A DNA stretch of 64,000 nt from Halobacteriovoraceae bacterium (lineage in GTDB: Bacteria > Bdellovibrionota > Bacteriovoracia > Bacteriovoracales > Bacteriovoracaceae): positions 1 to 64,000 of the forward strand of contig CAVRCF010000001.1 in NCBI GenBank assembly GCA_963719505.1. Reading direction: 5' to 3'. Below, piece after piece: positions 57,516 to 64,000 of this stretch. The number at the start of each line of letters is the position of its first letter. Positions within the stretch are counted from its first letter, which is position 1. The translations under genes and the position numbers were made by a program. The notes below the pieces were generated by a model, which was not told the DNA's origin, did no database searches, and saw nothing but the letters and a program-made list of their open reading frames with translations.

Positions 57516-58589
57516 TCATTTTATGATTTTAGATTCTAACAATGCGCTTTTCAACTTTATCGCAGAGAACTCTTTTTCTCTTTTGGTACTATTTCTAACG
57601 TTTATAAAAAACTTAGTCGTAAGCAAAATTGTCTCTTGGTGGTCTTTGATAAACTTAATATAGGAAGGGGTAAGATTAAAGAACCCCTCTTTTTTCAATG
57701 AACTGAGGTTATTAATTATTTTCTCTTGTTTTACAAGATTGGAATCATTACGAGAGAGATCGATAAGCTTTGCCACTTTTAGTTTTCTTCTCTTTGAGAA
57801 GTCATCAAATTCTCCATTAAGCTGTAGCCCCATACTTCCAATGAATTCTCCAAAATCATAATTTCTATGTCTACTAAAGAAAGATTTTTCTTCCGTAGAT
57901 AGATCAAAAGTTTTGTCAAGACCTAGTCCAAAGTCAGTTATGTAAGGACTTGATCCGTCGGTAAGGATATTTAAAAAATGCATATCCATATGAATAATAT
58001 TATTTGATTTTAAGAATTGAATTGCATTAAGAACTTCGTTAGTAATCTTAGCAAACTGACTTTTGTCTTTTTTAAGGTAATCTCTAAAGGTTTGAGGAAT
58101 GTACTCTAAAAAAAGAACCAATTCATATGGCGAATTATCACGGGCCTTGATATAACTTTTTATCGAGCTATTATTTTCCCAATATTTAAAATAGCTTTTA
58201 TAATCTTTTTTACTCGCTTTATTAGTTCTCTTTATTATTCGATAATGGTACATCAACGGAAAATTCAAACATTTTTTGCTGAGGACCCAGTTCGTTGTCT
58301 TTATATGCAAAAAAAGCTCCCTAAATGCCCCAAATCCAGCTGATCCAATTCCATAATTGTAAGTCATCGGTAAGTCGTAGTGATTTTTTGTACTAAATGA
58401 ATTATCGAATTCGACTTGAGTTAAAGGAATCTTTTTAGCAAAAACTTTAGTATTTCCAATTTTTATAATGTGATTGGTTCCCCAGCCTTTCTTGCCAAGA
58501 TCACCCTTTTCTAGCTTGTCACAAATCAATGCATCGCTAGAGTATGAAAGTTTCGTGTTGAGGCTAAAGTACTGATCATTTCTATTCAT
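57516..58589 (-). CDS. Protein-kinase-like protein
   Basis: GWG Gly loop, VFAKKI, AFRE, LFLEYIP, IHMDMHFLNIL, ITDFGL. Confidence 0.8.
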   Translation of the reverse strand: MNRNDQYFSLNTKLSYSSDALICDKLEKGDLGKKGWGTNHIIKIGNTKVFAKKIPLTQVEFDNSFSTKNHYDLPMTYNYGIGSAGFGAFRELFLHIKTTNWVLSKKCLNFPLMYHYRIIKRTNKASKKDYKSYFKYWENNSSIKSYIKARDNSPYELVLFLEYIPQTFRDYLKKDKSQFAKITNEVLNAIQFLKSNNIIHMDMHFLNILTDGSSPYITDFGLGLDKTFDLSTEEKSFFSRHRNYDFGEFIGSMGLQLNGEFDDFSKRRKLKVAKLIDLSRNDSNLVKQEKIINNLSSLKKEGFFNLTPSYIKFIKDHQETILLTTKFFINVRNSTKREKEFSAIKLKSALLESKIIK

Positions 58590-58926
58590 CTTTAAACTCT
58601 ATCAGTCTCAATGTAGAAATCATATGATTATGAGTTGACTCTTTGCTGCAAAAGTCGACACAGATCAATTTTTGCCAGAAAGCCGATTTGTTCTTCCTTG
58701 TGTAGTAACCTAAACAATCTCTATAAAAGCTAATAAGTATCTTCTCAATTATTTTGTCTAAAGTTGTAATGAATCAATTAACTTAGGGGGAACTATTAAA
58801 TTAGCAGAAAACTTATCGAAAAAATTATATATCGACGCTCACGAGTCTATTCTTAGACTAAAAGCAAATATCGAAGATCAAATTGAGTCCGCATTAAAAC
58901 CAATTGCTAAAAGAATAGATAAGAAA

Positions 58927-59130
58927 ATGAAGAGTTTTTCTATAATATCACTCCTACCATCATCTAAAGAGACAAAAAAAGACATTCAAAGTGTAGTTCA
59001 AACTCCGACTATAGCCTTTGAAGATATTACAAAAAAAGATCTCTATGAATTAGCTCAAATCACTGGATTAGAGGGAAGATCTCACATGAATAAAGAGGAA
59101 CTTTACAATAGTTTAAAAACAAAATTATAA
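58927..59130 (+). CDS. Rho-N-terminal-like (DUF7218-type) small protein; may start at ATT 58795
   Basis: TKKDLYELAQ..GLEGRSHMNKEEL motif. Confidence 0.65.
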   Translation: MKSFSIISLLPSSKETKKDIQSVVQTPTIAFEDITKKDLYELAQITGLEGRSHMNKEELYNSLKTKL

Positions 59131-59157
59131 ATATATCCAGGCTGCTCTAAGATTAAA

Positions 59158-59727
59158 ATGAAAAAACTGAAAACAACGGAAATTCTTAAAAAAGATTTTG
59201 TTATCGCTCTAGGCTGTGGGGCAATCGCTACGATTGTAATGCTTCTTGGAACCTACATAATCGGGTTTGTAAGTCAGTATCAAGCTAAAGAACTAATCGG
59301 TGCAATCATGCCCACCATTAGATTCCTGTGTTCAGCGATTATGACAGCGAGTGCAACAATTATTGCTTTAATGCTTACACTGCTGGGCTACTCATTCAAT
59401 ATGGAAAAGAAATTTGCTGACGAGTTCTTTCAGCGAATCAAGGTTATTGCTTTTTACGATACAGTTATTCTCGCTTTTTCCACTTCCTTGCTGGTTCTTC
59501 ACTGCTTTCCCATTATGAAATCTGTTAGCGTACCTTCTTCATGGTACTTTGCTGGATACTACTTTTTACTTATATCCTCTACCATTCTAGGGGGAGGATT
59601 GGTCTCACTTGTCACATTACTTTATTTAACCATCAAAGAGACAATTATATCTTTTGGATATGGTGATGATAATGGACGCTACATGGCCATCGATGAAGAA
59701 AATGAAGAGAAAGGCTCTAGCAAGTAG
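59158..59727 (+). CDS. 4-TM membrane hypothetical protein
   Basis: 189 aa; ASATIIALMLTLL and three other hydrophobic helices. Confidence 0.7.
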   Translation: MKKLKTTEILKKDFVIALGCGAIATIVMLLGTYIIGFVSQYQAKELIGAIMPTIRFLCSAIMTASATIIALMLTLLGYSFNMEKKFADEFFQRIKVIAFYDTVILAFSTSLLVLHCFPIMKSVSVPSSWYFAGYYFLLISSTILGGGLVSLVTLLYLTIKETIISFGYGDDNGRYMAIDEENEEKGSSK

Positions 59728-59848
59728 TTCCAAGAGCGTCTGGATTCCTAAGTTTTACACCATTTTTAAAATATAAAAATTACAACTCATATGACAACTT
59801 GTCTCTCAATTGCTACCAAGATCTAAAAAAAGCTTAAGGGAGTTCTTT

Positions 59849-60607
59849 GTGATGAAGTCAGTTTCAACTTTTATAATTTTGTGTTTGTTTTCTTTTACGG
59901 TTCTTGCTCAACCCTATACTCGAGTAAATTCTAGTGTAGATACTATCTTGAAAAAATATGACTACCTTTTAACAAGTCATCCACAAGCCCATGAAAGTGA
60001 ATTTAAGGCAAAAACTCTCAAAGATTTTACCATAGAGCTGAAGGCATCTTTAGAGAACAGTTCAAAAGAGGACGTCCTTAAAAACTTTGAATCAATTTTA
60101 AACAAAATTCCTCAACAAGAAAAAAGAGAAGCCTATCTTAAAATGATTAAGAATTCTTCAAAAGATGAACTGGCAGCCTTTTTATCTAATCCACAATTAC
60201 TATCTGACTCTCTTCGAGGCGAAGGATCAAACTTTGCTATGATCACTGGAGAGCCGGTTGTTGATGTCATCCTATATGTTGTGGGAGCAGTAATACTTTA
60301 TGCCATTATAGAAAGTATTGTTTTGGCGATTAAATATGAAGATTTTAAAAGCTACCAAACTTATCTAGGATTTGTTGGTATTTGTGATCAGGCCACATTA
60401 AATGCGCAAACGAACTCAACTGAGCGTGAGGCGATGAAAAATGATGCTGCAGCCAAGTGTGATGCAAATGCGAGAAGACCCATTACTTGTGAGTTTTCTG
60501 GGTGGAGCTACTCATTCTCTCAGGGTTCTACCTTCGATCAAGTGGATGAGTATACCAGAGGCGATTGTTACGTAAAAGCGACCTACAGAGCAAAGAAAAG
60601 ATACTAG
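59849..60607 (+). CDS. Secreted/membrane hypothetical protein
   Basis: AAGGGAG RBS, signal peptide, internal TM after GEGSNF, Cys-containing C-terminus. Confidence 0.7.
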   Translation: MMKSVSTFIILCLFSFTVLAQPYTRVNSSVDTILKKYDYLLTSHPQAHESEFKAKTLKDFTIELKASLENSSKEDVLKNFESILNKIPQQEKREAYLKMIKNSSKDELAAFLSNPQLLSDSLRGEGSNFAMITGEPVVDVILYVVGAVILYAIIESIVLAIKYEDFKSYQTYLGFVGICDQATLNAQTNSTEREAMKNDAAAKCDANARRPITCEFSGWSYSFSQGSTFDQVDEYTRGDCYVKATYRAKKRY

Positions 60608-60665
60608 TTCGTCGAAGCTAATAATTATTAGTCATCAACGTAAATTTGATATAGTTTAAAACTAT

Positions 60666-61553
60666 ATGAAACTGACAGATCACCTTGAGAAATTAAAATA
60701 CTTCTATGAAGTTGCTAGTACAGGCTCCCTAAAAGGGGCCTCCAAAGTTGTTCATATTTCTCAACCCTCTTTGACAAAATCGATTAAAATTCTTGAGGAT
60801 GTTGTTGGGAGTAATCTTTTTGTCAGACTACCAAGAGGAATGAAGCTTACTCAAGAAGGTGAAGTTCTCTACCTTTACTGCCAGAACCTTTTTTCTTCAA
60901 TTACTGATATCGAACAAAAACTCGCTCACCCCAATGACTCACTTGCCGGCTCCCTTAGAATCGGAACCTATGACTCTATTGGTATTTATTTTTGGCCTAA
61001 GTTTTTACAAAAATTTCTTCTTAAATATGACAAGCTAGACATACAACTTCTCACTGGAAGAAGTGCAGAAATTCAAGACAAGCTCGATGCCGGTCAGATT
61101 GATATTGCTCTTATCGTGAACCCAAAAAAATCCCCCGGTATTGAAGTCGATATTTTAAATAACGACGCCTTCAAGCTGTATGAAAGTTGCTCGGATAAAG
61201 TTTATAAAAAAGGTAGTGAGGCTCCTATTATAGCGATGCCTACAGCGTCAGTTGGGACAGAAACGATCCGAGATATTTTAAATGGAATCGGATTTGGCGA
61301 AAGAAAAATCTATACAACTTCTACACTGGAGTCAGTAAAAGAGTTAACTCTTCATGGCATCGGTATGGGTCTTCTACCTGAGATGGTCGCCAAGTCCCCC
61401 TTATCTTCTAAAAAGATAAGAGAAGTAAAGCACAAGGGGCTTCCTAAAGAAGGAATTGGCCCCCATGCCATTGGCATTGCCTATCATTCAAATAGACGAA
61501 ATTCAAAGATCATCGAAGTATTAATTAAAGAAATAAAAAATCATAAACTTTAG
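60666..61553 (+). CDS. LysR-family transcriptional regulator
   Basis: GSLKGAS...ISQPSLTKSIKILE...LFVR...LTQEG; GSLRIG; IDIAL. Confidence 0.92.
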   Translation: MKLTDHLEKLKYFYEVASTGSLKGASKVVHISQPSLTKSIKILEDVVGSNLFVRLPRGMKLTQEGEVLYLYCQNLFSSITDIEQKLAHPNDSLAGSLRIGTYDSIGIYFWPKFLQKFLLKYDKLDIQLLTGRSAEIQDKLDAGQIDIALIVNPKKSPGIEVDILNNDAFKLYESCSDKVYKKGSEAPIIAMPTASVGTETIRDILNGIGFGERKIYTTSTLESVKELTLHGIGMGLLPEMVAKSPLSSKKIREVKHKGLPKEGIGPHAIGIAYHSNRRNSKIIEVLIKEIKNHKL

Positions 61554-62158
61554 TAGACATCACTTATCTCCTCAAGCTTCTTACGCATAATATTTGGGAG
61601 TTCATAATTGGGATTCTTACGACCAAGGGCCAAAATAAGAAAAGGCCTCTCATTTTTAGGTCGCCCAAGTGTCGCATTCAAAAACCGCATAGGAGACGGA
61701 GTGTGAGTCAAACTTGATATTCCGAGTCTATGTAGTGCTGTAATAAGAATTCCCGTCGCTATTCCCACTGACTCTTTTGAATAATAGCACTTGCTATTTG
61801 TCTCACTTTCAATTGTTTTTGAGAAAATAACAATAAGAGCAGAAGCCTCTTCCAGATGAGGTTTCTCCCAGTTTGTTTTTAAATGTTTTAAATCCTCTAG
61901 CCAGCTTTTGTTTTGTCGCCTGTGATAGAAATCAAATTCTTCTTTTTCAGCTTCAATTCTTATCTTCTTTTTCATCTCACTACTTCTAATGATGGCGAAA
62001 TACCACGGCTGTTTATTGGCCCCACTTGGAGCCGTTCCAGCAGCCCGAATACAGTGTTGGATAACCTCTAAAGGAATTTCTTCATCGGTGAATCTGCGAA
62101 CAGTCCTTCGCTCATTCATTAGGTTGTAAAAATTTTGGGCGCTTCTCTTTAAATCCAT
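61550..62158 (-). CDS. Nitroreductase, iodotyrosine-deiodinase-like
   Basis: RRTVRRF, AGTAPSGANKQPW, AEKEE..FY, KPHLE, ESVGIA, LTHTPSPM. Confidence 0.85.
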   Translation of the reverse strand: MDLKRSAQNFYNLMNERRTVRRFTDEEIPLEVIQHCIRAAGTAPSGANKQPWYFAIIRSSEMKKKIRIEAEKEEFDFYHRRQNKSWLEDLKHLKTNWEKPHLEEASALIVIFSKTIESETNSKCYYSKESVGIATGILITALHRLGISSLTHTPSPMRFLNATLGRPKNERPFLILALGRKNPNYELPNIMRKKLEEISDVY

Positions 62159-62166
62159 GTTTTTCC

Positions 62167-63285
62167 TCAGTGATATAAATGCATCGTAAGAAATGATCGG
62201 TGCTCGGGATTTCCAGGTTTACTAACAAAACTTCGTCTTTGATACTCGACTTGAAACTCTATATGAGGAAGAGGAAGCAGTTGGAATCCAAGACCTGGGG
62301 AGGTGATCATTGTACTACTCTCTTTAAGGTTACTTTGAGAGTGTTCAAAAATAAAATAGCCTAAGCCACCTTTGAATACCTTGTACCCAAATTGATGATC
62401 CCCATAAATCGCATCAACTTGGCTTTCGTATTCGTCATTACTGTTAAGTAGACTCTTTTGTTCATAATCGATCTCCGATCTCCCTATCCAATTCTGCCCT
62501 AGCGGAATTAGAGCATTTAGGCCATAGATCGCTCTTCTATACTGGTCGGACTTTCCAGTTAATAAACTCGCTCCAACTCTAGAAGAGCCTCCCATATAAT
62601 GGGTGTAGTTGAAGGCAAAATTTCTCTTTGAATCGTCCTCATCCTTTTCTTCAAAGAAGTCTCCCAGACTCACTGAAGTATTAAACTCGCCCCAATCAAA
62701 GTACTGAGAAAATTCAAAATTATAGGTTTCTGAGTTAGAGCCAAACCCTAGGCTTGTTTTAACAAACCTTGTATGATTTGGGTGATTAATTCCAAAGTGT
62801 TGACGAAACTTACCAACTCGAACTCTGGTATTTTCAGAACTCTCCCACAACACATAATGGCGCTCACTTAAAAACTCTCCCTTCTCCTGTGTCTCATCTG
62901 GCCCCTCTTTTGTTCCTACTGTCCCGACTAAGAAAGACTGCATGTACTTCACTGCAAATTCTAAGTTATTTTGCATCACAAATTGTTTTTCTACCTTTAC
63001 TTGGTCATTTTCGGCCTGAAATTGAATCACTCTCAACTGACCACCATATTTTATATTCTCACTATTTTTTACCGCTCCGTAGTAAGGATTCTCCATTCCC
63101 TCATAACCTTTCCAGGTACTCATCAACTCAGATGATAAACCACGTCCGTAGTCAGTTAAAATTCCCCCTCCATTTGGAGAGATATGACAAGCCATACAAT
63201 TTGGATAGCCTTTGGTCGTGTTCTCAACGAATGAATAACTGAGATGAGAAATGAATAAAAAAACGATGATCAATTGAGCTTTCAT
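62167..63285 (-). CDS. Monoheme cytochrome c - porin fusion
   Basis: Signal peptide, GYPNCMACHISPNGGG.LTDYGR, then beta-strand-rich barrel ending MHLYH. Confidence 0.7.
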   Translation of the reverse strand: MKAQLIIVFLFISHLSYSFVENTTKGYPNCMACHISPNGGGILTDYGRGLSSELMSTWKGYEGMENPYYGAVKNSENIKYGGQLRVIQFQAENDQVKVEKQFVMQNNLEFAVKYMQSFLVGTVGTKEGPDETQEKGEFLSERHYVLWESSENTRVRVGKFRQHFGINHPNHTRFVKTSLGFGSNSETYNFEFSQYFDWGEFNTSVSLGDFFEEKDEDDSKRNFAFNYTHYMGGSSRVGASLLTGKSDQYRRAIYGLNALIPLGQNWIGRSEIDYEQKSLLNSNDEYESQVDAIYGDHQFGYKVFKGGLGYFIFEHSQSNLKESSTMITSPGLGFQLLPLPHIEFQVEYQRRSFVSKPGNPEHRSFLTMHLYH

Positions 63286-63818
63286 TAATTGTCTTTAAAC
63301 TGCGTTTTGACATTTAGTTTTACTTTATTTGCTGCCGTTACTCCTTGGAATGAAGGCAGCTCAATACCAAAATCACTAAGCTGTATCTCGAAGCTATTTT
63401 CCATTGATATCTGAGATGAATCTCTAGAAATTCTTGTTTCTAGATCTATTTCTTTTTTTTGGCCGTGCAACTCTAAAACGGCCTTAAGAATTTGTCTTTC
63501 ATCTGTGGGCGAGATCTTTTGTTTGGAGATTGTTAATTTTGCCAAAGGATATTTTTGAGTCTCTAAATATTTACCTTTTAAATGCTCATCTCTTAAATCG
63601 ATACCAGAGTTTAATTTATCCAATTTTACGATGGCACTACCTTCAATAAAGTCTTCTCCAATATTAAATGTTGAATCTCCTAATGGAACTTCTCCACTGG
63701 CCTTAATAAAAGATGGACGCCCAGTTGCCGTAAATTTTATATCGGACTTTGTGATCGCTAAACTAGCAAAGGCACTTGAACTTAAGGCCAAAAGTATTAT
63801 TAAACTTATATTTTTCAT
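63285..63818 (-). CDS. YceI-family periplasmic lipid-binding protein
   Basis: SGIDLRDEHL..YLET.KYP.A, LELHG, LSDFGI. Confidence 0.9.
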   Translation of the reverse strand: MKNISLIILLALSSSAFASLAITKSDIKFTATGRPSFIKASGEVPLGDSTFNIGEDFIEGSAIVKLDKLNSGIDLRDEHLKGKYLETQKYPLAKLTISKQKISPTDERQILKAVLELHGQKKEIDLETRISRDSSQISMENSFEIQLSDFGIELPSFQGVTAANKVKLNVKTQFKDN

Positions 63819-64000
63819 CTTATTTCCCCTTCAGGTAAACCTTTTTCTATCCATTCTAAGACAGTCTTTATTTCTTCTTCATTTAGGCGTTCTATATTGG
63901 ACCATACCGGTGGCATAGGCTCCGTAGGATCTGTAAGAACTTCCATCAAGTAACTGTTTTCAACATCTTCAAAGTTATTTAATAAATAATCTCTTTGTTC
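63815..64000 (-). CDS. c-type cytochrome-like protein, C-terminal part (starts beyond window)
   Basis: Manual translation ...EPMPPVWSNIERLNEEEIKTVLEWIEKGLP; stop overlaps the YceI ATG (ATGA). CxxCH not visible in the window. Confidence 0.55.
   Translation of the reverse strand, partial: EQRDYLLNNFEDVENSYLMEVLTDPTEPMPPVWSNIERLNEEEIKTVLEWIEKGLPEGEIR

Noticed and set aside
60925-60936. CACCCCAAT as a sixth att core
   Set aside because: Inside the LysR coding sequence, mismatched to the core, with no arm or terminator context.
595-63918. Short antisense or nested track ORFs (e.g. 638-886, 24647-25114, 48023-48574, 62889-63242)
   Set aside because: Shadow frames of well-supported genes, with no RBS or motifs.

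Overview
AT-rich bacterial chromosome segment, most likely from a predatory Bdellovibrionota (Bacteriovoracaceae-like). This is inferred from two TIGR02147-type regulators, many unknown secreted proteins, PrkA, PilF-RodZ and sigma28-type promoters. 1-42.3 kb is mostly core or lineage-specific genes (recO, helicase, NifU, porin/FMN-binding cluster, lepA, Trk K+ uptake, parAB, nadA plus cysteine desulfurase, prkA, rluA). Two IS elements (IS1202-like and IS66) sit between two secreted-protein genes. Ten reading-frame breaks between about 7.9 and 24.2 kb are all single-base insertions (four in lepA) and look like sequencing error. From tRNA-His(GTG) at 42.5 kb there is an accessory region in which the tRNA 3' end (CACCCCAT core) occurs five times, counting the tRNA itself, and divides the DNA into tandem modules. 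Module 1 is a ~10 kb Rep_trans/excisionase/tyrosine-integrase element carrying IS1380 and IS3. Module 2 is 3.5 kb with an HTH-ImmA/IrrE peptidase + PIN nuclease pair and a non-catalytic recombinase-domain protein. Modules 3 and 4 are single-gene units of 0.5-0.6 kb with recognisable att arms. This att-delimited array served by one visible integrase, and the peptidase-PIN pair, are the best candidates for undescribed biology. The window ends in a cytochrome c / YceI / CxxCH-porin / deiodinase-like operon. All calls come from reading motifs by eye; no searches were run.
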